Below, piece after piece: positions 24,140 to 36,869 of a DNA stretch of 60,000 bases. This DNA comes from Vicugna vicugna (taxonomy: Eukaryota). Made by a program: the position numbers and the translations under genes. The stretch's first letter is position 1. Each line of letters begins with the position of its first letter. The stretch spans positions 3,429,780 through 3,489,779 of the forward strand of contig MU058009.1 in the NCBI GenBank assembly GCA_013265495.1, read 5' to 3'. Under the pieces are notes generated by a model. The model ran no database searches. It saw only the letters and a list, made by a program, of their open reading frames with translations, and was not told the origin of the DNA.

Positions 24140-24255
24140 ATAATTAAGTGATAATTGTTTTTGGAGGCCTCCCCCTCCCCTGGACAGCCTAGAGAAAGAT
24201 AAACAGCTTCAGGAATCAATAAGCATCAAGGTCATAGGCTGAATTATTTACTGAT
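24140..24255. promoter_or_regulatory. Candidate enhancer motif cluster (GATA, FOX, ONECUT, NR5A/ESRR)
   Basis: TGATAA 24149, AGATAAACA 24197, AATCAATA 24214, TCAAGGTCA 24226 and TATTTAC 24245, all in unique sequence. Confidence 0.45.
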
Positions 24256-25905
24256 TCTCCTCTATTTATCTCCAACTTTCCTCTCTACAAGGAAAAATTG
24301 TGTCTACTTCACAGGAGATTTAGAACGTACCTGGTTTAGTTTCACAGTTGTTATTCGTGCCTTTACCTTTTCACGGCTGTGCAAAATTGCTGTGTCGCTG
24401 ACGGAGTCTGGAGAATGGGAGCGGGGAAGGGTCTGGTGCCGGGGCTCAGTCGCTGGCCTGGGGGCGCTCAGCTGCGGGGAGCACTGGGGTTGTGGGGTGG
24501 GCAACGGAAGATGCGGGCTGTGTGTCCCTGGTCTCACCAGTTGCCCATTTTCTGGATGATGCAATGTCTTCCTAACAGGTCTGCTCACCTTCTGCATCGT
24601 TGTCCCATTCCCTGTGGATTCCACAATCTTCGGTCAAAATGATCTTTTCTAAACCCGGGTCTGTCAGTTCTCCTCTGTGCGCGCAGGCCTCTGGTTTCCG
24701 CAGCTGCGTCCCCTGCGCGCGCCTGGCTGCACTCCTGCCGCCCTCTGCTTCCCCTCCGAGCTCCTGCCCGACTTCTCTGAGCTCCTCAGACGTGTCCGCC
24801 TGTCCCCTCAGGTTCATCTTAGCTGTTGGTCCTGCTGGAATAATATCCCTGTGTTTCCCAGGGCATGCCCCCACCCCAAGTTCTATCACCCGTATGTCTT
24901 AATTCTGGGTAGTTGCCGCTTCCGAGGTCCTCCCAGAGCACACTTCCCAACCCCCACCAGGTGTCTTGGGTCACCTGAGAGAAGGACCAGGCTTCCATCA
25001 TCTGATGTCACCAGCACCACCTCAATGTCTCTTCCATGGCAGATAGCCAAGTCACATTTGTGCGGCTAATGAAGGAATCTCATGAGGTCCCTTGGGCCAC
25101 AGATAAGGGAGGTTCTGCCTGGTGGAATGCTGCTGTGAAACTGAGACGAAGCCCCTCTGAAGAGCACCTTGCTTGCCTTCGATTGAACCACACACTAAGG
25201 GAAACCAGCCGTGAAGTTTTAAAGAAAGTGTGATACTATACAAAAATTAGTAGTACAACCCTGAGGCGCGCTGAGAGTGGGTCCCCTGTTTAGAAGACTG
25301 TGACTCCTCTGGGCGGGCCTCCCCGTTTCCACGCGTTGTGGAATCAGTGTGCACACAACCTTCCAAGGCCGCACTGTTCTGTCAGGCAAGGAAGCTGCAC
25401 CGGAAGTGCACGCGGTTTGGTGAGTCGGCTGCTCCTTCACACAATTAGCACAGCCGTTCATCGGCACAGGAGTCAAACGAGGTTAAGGGGGCAGTCTAGG
25501 CGACCGCCCCCAATTCTGAGTTGAGTTACAAGCACCTCCGCCCCAAATCCAACCGACTTAATGTTACTTCATATGCTTTTTAGGAACATTTCCAGTTTTT
25601 CTTCTTTGACGGGTAAGGCTGGTAGGTAGCTCTGAGTCACCTCTGTAAGTTTATATGGTGCCAAGTATTTGGATGAAAAGCTGTTTGGTAAGATGTGAAC
25701 AAAATATCTGGGTAAGTAGCTCAGATTTTTCCTTTGCATTTGGAGGTTTGAGTGCTTTGTAGGCAAATCTAAGACACGTGGTTTCCTGGCTGGGGTCCTT
25801 TGCCTTCCTCAAGGCCCTGGATTTGATCCTGGCTCCAGGCCAGGGACCAGACACTCAGGCTCGGTGCACTCCCGGGGCCACGATCAGCTTCCAAAGGGCT
25901 TCTTC

Positions 25906-26072
25906 ATGAAAAAGAATATGAAAAGGAATATGTGTGTGTGTGTGTGTGTGTATATACACATACATATATATACACACACATATATAACTGAATCACTGTG
26001 CTGTGCACCAGAAACTAACCCAACATTGTAAACCAACTACACTTCAATTGAAAAAAAGTTAAAAAATTAAAA
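25906..26072 (+). mobile_element. Short L1 3' end with (TG)n/(TA)n/(CA)n insert
   Basis: atgaaaaagaatatgaaaaggaata...taactgaatcactgtgctgt...acattgtaaaccaactacacttcaattgaaaaaaa. Confidence 0.9.
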
Positions 26073-27259
26073 GAGCCCTTGATCTCTAGCAAGGGTGCAG
26101 ATAGCCGTGACGCAGCCATCCCCCGCCCTCGCTCTTTCTCTCTCCTCCACGCCAGCGACTATTAATGCAGCAGAATCAATCTGGCCGGCTGCTTGATGAG
26201 ATTAGATGACTTTCACTCGTCTTGCAACTGCTCATAGGGAACCAGGTGCAGGATCACTTTATCGTGAACTTGCACTCTCTCTCTCTCTCTCTGCGTCTCT
26301 GCTATCGATTAAGTGATGCCCCCTGGGGCTTGTTCCTGATACAGCAGCTTCACGGAAAGCAAAGTGAGGGGTCTCCACACAATCATGTTCTTATTTTCCA
26401 TCCAGGGAGGGCTTAACTTAGGCAAGGCAACGTGTTGGTGCTAAACAGTCCCTCTTGAGGGTTTTGGCTTTAATCGGAGACAGGGTTGATCTTGAGAAGA
26501 GATTCTTCAGAGGTGAGGGAGGGCCCAGCCTCCATGGGGGCTGGGAGGCCGGACAGGGTACACCACTGCTGGTTTGGAAGGATTCAAGTCACTGTACAGT
26601 AGGAACTTGAACCCGCCTTGCTTAGGATTCCAAAATCGGATTTTTCACATTATCTTAAGGATTCTAATCCTAGCACACAGACATTGCAGGGGAGCAGCAC
26701 CTCCATGAGGACCACTGCAAGAAAACTCTGAGAACGAAAGGAAAGTGCTAGAAATAGGAGCAGCTGAAGCTGAGAGACCAGAAAGCCTGCAGCCCAGAAC
26801 GAGCTGGGTTTAGGACCAGGCACGTGATGAGGGGAGTAGGAAATTCTGTGCCTCCTTCTTCTTCTTTCACGGCTCAGACGTCGGCAGAGGTTGAGAAGCA
26901 GGGGTTCAGGAGGGCGCAGCTCGCGCCACACACATCGCTCTTGAACCTGTCCATGTGCATTGTTTTCTTTTACCGCAAAACTGCGCTTGCTGTTTATCCC
27001 TAGAGCTTCTCCGCGTTCTTAAAGACTAGCAGTGAGTTGTCCTGTTGTAGGAAATGTGTGGACTCTGTCGTAGGCAAAGTTAGCGAGCATTGAAGTATGG
27101 GTTGGGGTCTCCTTTCAAAGTCCCTGTCCCGCGTTAAAAATTGACAGCGGTTTCTAATTGTTTGCTTTAAATAGGATAACACAGGGATCGCATGAGGAAT
27201 TTGAGACACTATGTAGTTACCAGTTCTCTTGGGCAAAGAAAATTAAAGAGGTACTATAT

Positions 27260-27545
27260 TAGCTGGGATTTATTCTAAGCTGTTATTACAAAGAGACACA
27301 TTTAATGCGATGCTTAAACAAGAATAGAGATCTCAGACTCTTCAAAGTGCTTCTCAGGCAGCAGGCAGGTGGATGGAAACACAGGGCGCACGCACCTTTC
27401 CTTTTAAGGCCCATCCAGGAAGTGGCGGACCTTAGTCACATGGCCACACAGCCAAGTGAGGCTGGGTACCAGCTCCCTGGTAAGAGACAGGAGTTCTGTT
27501 ACTAAATGAAGAAGGGTCAAATGATGGTGGACAGTTTGCAAATTG
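27260..27545 (-). mobile_element. MaLR LTR remnant (MLT1J/K-like)
   Basis: cttagtcacatggccacac...gaggctggg...ttctgttactaaatgaagaaggg. Confidence 0.6.
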
Positions 27546-27769
27546 TTCCATAAATGCACATGTAGAAGGAATGGAAGACAACATGGAACTCAAGATACTA
27601 AACTACTGCTTGGACTGAGATAGTAATTGAAATAAAAAGAAGAGGTAGCTAGAACTTGGGATAGGTAAAAGGCAGTCACCCTAGGCTTCGACAAAGAGGA
27701 TCAAACAGACATGTGCACGGGAAGGTGGAACGGAAGAGGAAAGGAGCGTGGAGTCTACATTCTAGGTCT

Positions 27770-28165
27770 TTCATTTCAGTCCCGACCGGCTTAAATGGGG
27801 ATGAACTCCACACACTTGGGGTGCCTGGTCGTGGCGATCCCATGAGGCAATCCATTTCAGCTGGGCTGGATTTGAAAATCTGCAGTTCTTTAGCCCTTCC
27901 TTTTGAAATGCCCCGCTTTCATTCCTGGTCATGTCACTTCTTCTGGGGCCCACGTTGTCTGAAATTAACACGGCCTCTCCAGCCTTCTCATTGTTCATAT
28001 TTTTTTAACATGTATTTTTTAAAGAATCCCATGTCTTCGTATTTAAAGATGGCTTTCATAGACAATATATAGTTGAGTCTTGCTTAGGTACTCAATCTGA
28101 CACTTCGTGCCTTTTATTTGATGCACTGAACCATTTATATTTAATGTGATTGCTGATATGGTTGA
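27770..28165 (-). mobile_element. Ancient L1 ORF2 endonuclease-domain relic
   Basis: Minus-strand peptide NNEKAGEAVLISDNVGPRRSDMTRNESG resembles L1 EN NQKKAGVAILISDKIDFK..ITRDKEG. ccatttatatttaatgtgatt is the antisense ORF2 start region. Confidence 0.75.
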
Positions 28166-29049
28166 CCTGTCTCTAAGAGGAGTCCCACACTGGATAAACA
28201 GCTGTTTTAGTGCTTCCCTATAAGGTGCATTTTAGAAGATTTCCAGAGGGGCACTGCACTAACAAACGGAGCATTAACGGTTTTATTAAAAGGTCAAGGC
28301 CAGAGCTGTCAAGCAGAGAAGACACAATAACAGCGAGGTGCCTGGAGGCATGGCTTCCAAGTTGTTCTCGGGGCTTACTGAGGGAACTATGTAATTAGTA
28401 GATAATTTGGCACAGCTTAGTGGAAAAAAGATTCTTATTATTATTGTTCTTTATGGAAATATCTCGGACTGCCTAGAAACTGAGTAACCCTTGGTGTTGA
28501 AGACAGAGTATCTGAGAATTGACTAGGACTTGATTCGAATGTACTGATCTGGCTGGCACATATACATGTTCCCACGCCTTCCCACGCAGCCAGAGCAGGA
28601 GGCTCTCCGTTCCTCAGAAGAAGCTGCTACAGGACATTGCACTGGCAACCATGAGCTGAGGACAGAGGAAAAGCATCTTAATTAGTTTAGCCACAGCCGC
28701 AGGGAGACAGCTCTGATTCAGGAACTGGAGAAACACGACCGTAATGGACTGTCATCACCGTTCCTAGCAGATGGGAGTCCATCAAGAATCTGTAGAGTTC
28801 AAGTTCATCTGCTCAGCGGTAAAGCATGCCTTATCTAGCGTGCTTCCCGAGAAAGCTTGTGTTTTATTTACAACTTGTTTCTTCTCCAGGAGAAAAAATG
28901 TGTGCTCCTGTTTGAGTTCATCTGAATTCAAATTCTAGAGAGAAACAGCCTGAGCTGCTTCTCCCCTGTCGCTAGGACGCAGAGGTTGACAGTGCGTGGG
29001 CTGTGCGCTTTCAGGCCTGCTGGGGGAGCTGGCACGGCCGTGGCTTTGC

Positions 29050-29610
29050 CTTCATCCAGGACACATGCTGAGTGAACTGGCCGTACTGCAGGGGATGAAG
29101 ACACAGAGATGGCCAAGGGGTGCATGATCTCTGCCTTCATGGAGCCCCCAGTCTAGCGATGGAGAAAGAGGCTAAAGAGGAACCACATGCATCATTATAG
29201 CAGCACAGTCGTGACAGTGTCTGAGGGGGAGGAAAGCCTGAAGTGCCCAGAACTGATGTCTGGGGTTTCACGTGGGGGAGTCGAAGGCTGAGAAATGAGA
29301 GATGAGACATTAGGAGGAAAGGGTGTGACAGTGGGAGTGGAGGTGGAGATCCGGAAGTGGGGAGGAGCTTGATTCCATTTGAGGAAGGAGAAAAGGCCAG
29401 TTTGAAGAGGCCAGAGTGAGGGAGAGGGGAGCGTGCAGTGATGGGGTGCTGGCGAGGGGCTCAGCCATGCTGGACCACAGAGACTGTTCTAAGGGCTTGG
29501 GACTTTCCTGTAAGATCAATGCGAAATCACTGACTCCTTTAACAATGATTGGGACCTGGTCAGATTTGCCTTTTGGTAAGAGAGTGGACTAGAAAGAGGC
29601 AGGGATGGAT
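29050..29610 (-). mobile_element. L2 fragment
   Basis: tctctgccttcatggagc...agtctag...gaaaaggccag...ggccagagtgagggag...ggtcagatttgccttt. Confidence 0.7.
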
Positions 29611-31174
29611 GCAGAAAGGTGTTGCTGGAGGGGGAACGTGAGCTAAGCATTTGATAGTCTGCAGGTGATCTCTGCTGTCCTCTAGTCCTTCTGCAAGCTC
29701 CAATCCAACGCCACACGCTTTTGTAACACTTAGGGAACAGAAGTCCATGAGGTAGGCACGGGGACGAGGGAGAAAGAGAAAAATGGCACACACCACCGGC
29801 TCCTCCAGTGCCTTCGGGCCAGACGTCTGACGGACTCTCCCTTCCAGGGGGACGTGACTGATGATGCTGGTAGAGGTCATGGCTTCTCTGGACCAGAGCC
29901 CCACGTGCCTCACCCTGGAGAAAGCCTGGGAGTAAGTGTGGAGGTCAGGGTACCATCTTAATGAATTTGGAGATCATGCCAACCTCAGCAGCCCTGGTCT
30001 GTGCACAGATCTTTTATTATTCCTCCTCTACTTCTGCCTTTTGAACAAAGCTAGTTTTTCACTGGCTCTCCAACCTGAGTTATCTCAGAAATGGCGGGCT
30101 TGTCTGTCAGGACGTACCACCCCTCCAAGACTCAGGAAAGGGGCTGGGGGCACTGAAATCTAACCCTCATTGGCTCAACATGTCTCTCTTACTTAGATGA
30201 GTTTAGTGCATTAAACAACAACCATAAACAAAAACCCAGTCTTCTATCGGGGCATAGTAACCAGTAATAAACCCTTTTGGATTTGCATCGTTTAGGACCA
30301 AGCATACGGGATGTCCGAACATGGGCACCCAGATGGCCTTGCTTCGGTTTGTGCTTTGTTTCTGCTGACTTTGCTTTGCTTGTTGACTTCAGCCGTGGTG
30401 GTAATCAGGAGAGGGGAGTTCCTGCAGCGAGACTGAAGCCCACTCCGTGATTTTTCTTCCCAGCGTCCAGCGTGAGATGACCACAAGACGCTTAGGGTAC
30501 AAATGTTTTAAAAATATCCTCTCCAGGAGACCTCCTCCATGGCAGGATCATTCAAGAGCACAGTTATCCCTGCTACCCTCAAGCTCCGTTTCCATTTCTC
30601 GGCTTGGAAGATCTCCAGAAGGGCTTAAAGCAATGCTACTTTGGTGTGGTCTGTGGGACTGTGCCAGTTCATGAAGCGTTGTCACTGGTCCACGCTGAAA
30701 CGCGTATGCAAGCTGAAAATAATCATTCAGAAGTTCTCATAAACATTTCTGTAAATTTTCAACTGCTCTGTTGACACTAATAAAGAATTCAGGCTAGCTA
30801 GCATTTTATGTCTTACATGAAAAAAAAATCCAGATAATTTATTTCTGTTGTGTTTTATTGAAGTATTTAAGCCACAAAGGATTGGAAAAACAAAACAAAA
30901 CTAAAGCCCCCAAACCTGGTCCTCTGTGTACTATTCGATTTTCCGCAACTTCTTATCCTATGATTATTTCAAATAAAAGTTAAAAAATGCAAAGGAACGT
31001 GATAAAAAAAAGTCCGATCCCTCAGCACAGGCAGAGAAATGCTAGTCTATGAAGCTCTAGCTTTACGCTGGGTCGGCCAGGTGAGTGGAGGAGGGCAACT
31101 TAAAAAAAAAAATCACAAGTTCGTGGTCAGCAGTCATGGCTGGACTCATGATGTGTAATCTAGTGCTACCTTTT

Positions 31175-31582
31175 TTTTGCATTATCTGTAATAATGCTGC
31201 ATAAGAAAGCCAGCCACACACACACAAGGCCCAGTGGCAGAAAGCAGTGAACGCTCGTTATCTCGCTGTTAGCGCGGCTGGGAAGTGGCTGGTCCAGGAC
31301 GGCCTTGGACGGGACAGCCCAGCTCTGGCCCACGGGGCCTCTCGGTCCCCAGCAGACTGGCTGGGACTCGTCCTGACCTGAGACTTGATGTGGACTTGAC
31401 AAGAGAGCACTGGGGAGGCTATGAGCCCCTCCAGGCCCAGGCTCGGAGCTGGCATCCTTATTGTGTCCCACGGGCAAGTCACGAGGCCAGGACAGATTCC
31501 GGGGGTGGAGGGATGGGTTCCACTTTGAAGATGCTGCATAAAGAAGGGAAGATTCGGGGCCATTTTACAATCAACTTGCCAG
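31175..31582 (-). mobile_element. MaLR LTR (MLT1H/I-like)
   Basis: aatgctgcataa...cagtggc...ggctggtccaggacggcct...ggctcggagctggca...gcaagtcacgaggccag...ggccattttacaatc. Confidence 0.75.
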
Positions 31583-32559
31583 GTCCTGGCAATTGTATGA
31601 GCCCCCAGGCTTTCCAGAAAATCTGGGTGATCTCCGATTTCAGATGCTAGCGCCTGACTTCCCGGCCCTCAGGCCTGTGGATGAAATACTGCTCCTCTCC
31701 CTCAAGTGACTGAAAAAGACACCATGAATTGATCACTATACTCTGCTGATGAACTTGGGAGTGACTTCAGAGTCTTTAGGATTGGATTTACAAATGGAAA
31801 TCTATCACTCAATACTGCAATTACGGACGGTCCGGAGTCGCCTCTGCATGGTTACTGGAGAGTGAATCTGCCTCCTCAGGGATTGATCTTGGCCCCTCAT
31901 GGGCATTGTCGCCCAGTTCTAAGGCCCAAGGGTATCTATGGACAACCCGCAAAGGGGAAGACCAGCCAGGCCCTCGTCGAAGCAAGCGGAAGGTGTCCCA
32001 CCTGCGGCCGGGAGCCCCAGGCTTCAGCTCAGGTCCTGGAGCTTCTCTGGGTTAACGTACAGTATCGTTGTGGGGTTACTAAGGGTAACGGATGTGCTTA
32101 GAACGCTGGAAATCCTCAGGAACGGTGCAAAAAAGCCTGAACATGCTAAGTAACATCCTGCGTCTGCATTCGGGGCATGGATGAAATCAGAATTGGATGC
32201 TCTCATATAGTCCTAGGGGCTGAAGGAGCAGGCAGAGGGAACAGGGGCCTGCAAGGGACGACGAGGCTGTCCCTGCTGCGGGAACGGTGTCCTTGCCCAG
32301 CGGACCGTAGGCGAGGCCATGGCTGAACCCAGCACAGGTGGGCCATGGAGACGGGCTGGAGACATGGGCAGAGCTCTTGACAAAGCTACCGTCTCCTGAG
32401 CTTGGCGTGAGCTGAGGTCTGTCTCTGTGACAATGACACAGCTTCCAAAGGGCAACTCCGGTGCCCTGGGGACACAGGAGAGGCAGAGAGCATCCATCAG
32501 CTTCTGTTCAGCAGTGTCTCTGTGCTGGACCCGGGGATGCAGTCATCACGTACTCTTGT

Positions 32560-32715
32560 TGATACTTCACACCGACTCAGCGGATGGCGGCCCCACTTTA
32601 CAGGCGCCAAGAACGGCTAAGTGGTTTGCCTAAGGCTCCGTGGGGAATCAGTTATAGGGTCAGGATTTAACTCAGATGTATGACATTAGAGCCTGTGTCC
32701 TTGACCACTGTACCC
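32560..32715 (-). mobile_element. MIR
   Basis: ccccactttacag...ggctaagtggtttgcctaagg...caggatttaactcag...agagcctgtgtccttgaccactg. Confidence 0.7.
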
Positions 32716-33543
32716 TGTGACCTCTCAGGGCTTGAGAGTTTTGAAAAAGGTAGGGGTTGACCTGGTCTGTTCTGGGGATAAGGCTAAGTGAACCCCAGTG
32801 GTGGAGAAGCAGAGTAGACTTTGGTTCAGGATGGACTGAAGCAGCCATGGACCAGGGCCGTGGGCGGAGTGTGGGCCTGGACCACTTTCCCATGGAGTCT
32901 CTGAAAGACACAGTAGACCCTGGTGACATTCCCTGTGTGCTTTGGTTGGCCAAGTAGGACCCAGCCCGCTGAAAGGCAGGCCCCAGTAGCAGGCAGACTG
33001 GGAGGGGTAACAACTTGGAGGCTCAGATGCACGACAAACCTTCAGGGGTGAAGACCTGCCCGTTCTACAAGTCCAGTAAGAGGGGCTGGGGTGTGCCGAG
33101 GGTGGGAGGGGACGAGAGAAGGACAGGGGAGGCGCAGACAGGTAAGAGAAGCCCACCTGGGCAGTCAGCGGGTGGGACCTGCCAGGTGTGAGCAGTGGGA
33201 TGGGGGGACGCAGTGGCAGGACCAAGGTCTCCGGGGCGGGGCAGTCCCGCAAGGATAAATCAGAGAATACAGAGACCAAGCACAGGGGGACGCTGACTGC
33301 AAGGTGCACCCCTCCTCTACCACCAACACCCCCGGTTATCAGACCCAAGACAGAGCAGAGACAGGGGCCGCCTGGGAAGAGGGCAACCTGAGGATGCCCA
33401 TGAGGGGTCTTCTGTTGCTCGGGTCAAGAACTGTATTGGTCTCACCGTGGTGCAGGCCTCAGCTGTCAGACGTGGAGAGATCAGGGTCATTTGCAGCGGA
33501 AGCCTTGTGGCAGGGAGACAGGAAATTCAGACTTTAAACAAAA

Positions 33544-33593
33544 TTTTTATATTTTTATTGAAGTGTAGTTGATTTAAAATGTTAATTTCAGGT
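33544..33593 (-). mobile_element. About 50-bp L1 extreme 3' end
   Basis: tttttattgaagtgtagttgatttaaaatgttaatttcaggtg. Confidence 0.75.
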
Positions 33594-33720
33594 GCTACTT
33601 GGCCAAGGGGAGCGATTTTATATCAGTCTTGCCTCTGCCCATTCATCTCTGGCCCTGCTTTATACAGACCCAATGTTTCAGAAACAGAGCCTGTTGAGTT
33701 CCATTTAATTAAAAAAAAAA

Positions 33721-34230
33721 TTATGTTGCAGTGTTTTGAACCAGTGAGTTGTCCCGGTCTCTTACTGGGCTGATTCTGAAGAAGGTGAAATTGCCCTGCG
33801 TTACAGGTAGACTTGAGTGAGACACGAGGGAAAACTTCCTGGCCCGAGGGCACCGGCGGGACCCGGCAGAGTTATTTCTGCCGCTGTCATTTCTGTTCCC
33901 GCTCTCCGCTGGTTCCGTCTCTGTTTGGAGCATTTTCCCCACCTCTTTCTTCCTACATTTCACCAGTCGATTTTAGCTGAGCCTGGAGCGTGCTCACCCG
34001 CGGGGCCTCCTTCGCAACCAGGGCGGCGGGGTGGGCGCCGTGGCTGCTGCGGTCCTGCGGCGGGGAGGGTGCAGGGATGCCAACCTTGTGTTAAATTTAT
34101 GTGTTCTCGTTTTTGTTGAGTATGACTATATTTCTGTACATTTTATTTCGACCTTTAAACATTTATGCTCCTGTGTTATGATTAATTAAATGTAGTAAAA
34201 TGAAGTGTTTGCAAAGTTAAAAAAAAAAAA
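33721..34230 (+). pseudogene. Candidate 5'-truncated retrocopy of an mRNA 3'UTR (source unknown)
   Basis: U-rich UTR-like end with TGTA elements, ATTAAA at 34185, AGTAAA at 34194 and a genomic A12 at 34219-34230. Preceded by tt/A10 at 33709-33720. Confidence 0.45.
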
Positions 34231-34901
34231 CCTCACTTCTCTGGCGTCTCTGGACCACGTGTTCCCTCTACTACTGTCGGTCCATATTTCTCTTTGTTCT
34301 TTTCTGTTTGTCACCTTTCTTTATTTCTCCCTTTTGTCCTCTGGGCCAGTCTTCAGGGGCCCATTCCAGGAAAGGAGCTGCTGATGGCAAATACTTCCAA
34401 GACAGCAGGGGCTCACTGGAACTAGAGAACCAGCTCCCCCCACCCCCACTTCCCTTCCTGCGTCTCTTTGTTCGTCCATCTCCTCCCATTTTCCCATTTT
34501 CCCGTTTTCCCAGCCCATTGGCTCCCTCCCATAGTGACAGTTTTATCAAGAAAGGGCAGCGACTGTAGCTGAGTCAGCCTACAGTGTCACCAGCGCAGTG
34601 GTGAGCGGGCGTCCCTCAGGCGGGCGTGTGTGCCCAAGTCAGACAGGACGGTGAGTTACAGAGACGAGAACGTCCTGGGGTCACCGTCTCCAACGTGCAG
34701 GCGGATTTAATGAGGTGATTGGAAGTGCTAATAAAAGTTACCCTCAAAGTCAATTTGTCTAAACCTTCCGACACTCAATTCTCAGTCAGAAGAAGGGCTT
34801 TGTGGAGTGCTGGTTCAGAGAAGCCCCCACGGGTTTGGCTGATTTACTAGAGGCTCTTGGTGTAGACCTTCAGGGGCTGCAGGGTGGATATTTGACCAAG
34901 T

Positions 34902-35091
34902 CAGTGGCTCTCAGACGCGAAGGAACACATGGCTCACTTGGTGGGCTCAAGAAAATGCAGCTTCTTGGACCTTCTGTCTAAAGATGCTGGCTCAGTGTGC
35001 CCAGGGAGGGGCCCAGGAAGCTGCGTTTTCAGCAAGGTCTTCAGGTGATTCTAAAGCAGCCCATTCGGGGGCTGCATTCTGAGAAACACTG
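34902..35091. mobile_element. MER5A/B-like hAT-Charlie MITE
   Basis: Terminal inverted repeats cagtggctctcaga / tctgagaaacactg about 190 bp apart. Internal ggggcccaggaagctgcgtttt...caggtgattct. Confidence 0.8.
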
Positions 35092-35399
35092 CACACGTGG
35101 ATAAGTTGTCATCATGCTTGAGATGCGGGTGAGGACAGGTTTGCGGGAGAGCCTTGATGCTGCACAAGTGTCCCAGCGCTCCTCGCCTGTAAAGGTCTGT
35201 GCGGGACCCTGAGTCGAAGCAGCACCTGGGTCAGTGTCCCTGATCCTCACCTGTCTTCTTCGCTCCTCCCCGCTTTGAGTCTGGGGTAATTTAGCCCTGT
35301 CACTGTGTGGCCGGCCGGGCACCCACTTCTCCTGCGTTCGCTTCCCTGGGTCCCATACGTGGTGTGCACCGTGTAAACACACGGCAAGCCAGGCAAACA

Positions 35400-35880
35400 A
35401 GGTAATAAATATTGCAGTGGTTCCAGCAGTAGCACCCGAGTGAGGGTCCAGGGCTGCATCCCCCGGGAGGGGGGGTCCTGCGGTCTCTACGGAAGTGGTG
35501 CTGTGCGCAGCGCACCGCAGGGCGGCCAGGGAGCCTCACGCCTGCCTTCGATCCGGGCGGCGTTTGTGCGCCGGAGCCGGAGGTGCGGGTGCAAACCCCA
35601 GCGGCCCGGCAGAGCTCGAGACCCTCGGTCCCTGGCTTGTGTTTCGCGTCTTGCCTTCCTCCCTTAGATGTGGTCTCGTAGCCAGGAGTGGGTGGAACCA
35701 TCCCTGCCGCCTGTCTCAGGGCTGGAAGTTCTCCTGCCCTTTGCTTCACCGGCAAACTGCAGGTCCCCAGCCAGGGCAGCGCCAGGGCCTCGGAGGTGTG
35801 TCCGCGTGCCCGCGGCTTCCTGCAGACCCGGGCTCTGGTGTGCGGCTGCCACGGGGGACACTGGGCCTGGGGCAGCAAGT
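35400..35880. other. CpG-rich patch
   Basis: High CpG density, followed by (GC)/(GT)n at 35880-35920. No clear core promoter motif. Confidence 0.4.
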
Positions 35881-36492
35881 GTGCGCGCGTGCGTGTGTGT
35901 GTGTGTGTGTGTGCGTGTGTCTGAGATGTTGAGGGCTGAGTGCCGGCCCTGGGAGTCATCCTCCACTTTAAGGGAAGTGATTCCTGAAGAAGTCTCTTCA
36001 AATCAGCTTTTTAAAATCATATAAAGTGAAGTATCGAAAGATTCTCTATGTAATAATCAACTTTGGAATTTCATGTGTTTCAAATTGGTTTGCCATCAAT
36101 GTTCTGCGTGGTGAAAGACAGTTTGTCTTAATTTCTTTGTAGAGGATTTCACAGCATGGAAGCTCTGGATGGAATGCTCAGGTGAACCGAAGGCAGTATT
36201 TTAATTGTCACAGGATCACGGGCCCAGAAAAATCCACCCGGGAACTCCAGGTTCAGAAACGCTGCTTGGGGTGGGCAAGAAGCACCTTTGTCTTTCTTGA
36301 GTACGAGGCTGGGCTCAAGCTGCAGAAAGGGAGCTGTCAGGGAGACGGGTGGCCCAGTGAGGTTACAGGGTGGTTCCGAGCACCTCCAACAGGAAGTTGT
36401 CAGGAACAGGGAGCTGTTTTATGTGCTATTTTAGTGGTTTCCATTCTGATCTGACTGGGACCAAAGCGCACATGAGCAAAAAGAATGACACG

Positions 36493-36830
36493 AGTCTGTT
36501 CTCTCTGTCTGCGAGTCTCTTTCTGTTCTGTAGATAAGTTCACTTCTGACTTTGTTTTTAGATTCCTCATATGGCTATCGGGGGGGAGGGATGGGCAGGG
36601 ATAAATTGGGAGTTTGGGATCTGCAGATACACACACTGTATATAAACAGACAAACAAGGTCCTGCTGTGGAGCACAGGGAACTATATTCAATAACTTGTA
36701 GGGACCTATAATGAAAAAGGATATGAAAAGGAATACACGTGTGCACATGTATGGCTGAAGCATGTACACTGGAAGTTGACACATTGTAAACTGACTATAC
36801 TTCAGTTTTTAAAAAAGGAAAAGAAAAAGT
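36493..36830 (+). mobile_element. L1 3'UTR with 5' inversion
   Basis: Antisense 36493-36573, sense 36570-36830, A-rich tail. Imperfect TSD aagaatgacac (36481) / aagaataaacac (36835). Confidence 0.9.
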
Positions 36831-36869
36831 TATTAAGAATAAACACATGTATATTTTGGGGTGCCTAAT

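Noticed and set aside
24572..24889. Protein-like charged ORF (DTSEELREVGQELGG...)
   Set aside because: It overlaps what looks like a decayed L2 remnant, with no splice or homology support.
33544..34230. Short antisense L1 tail plus downstream poly(A) block as one inverted transduction
   Set aside because: The flanks (gactttaaacaaaa versus aaaacctcac) do not form a matching TSD.
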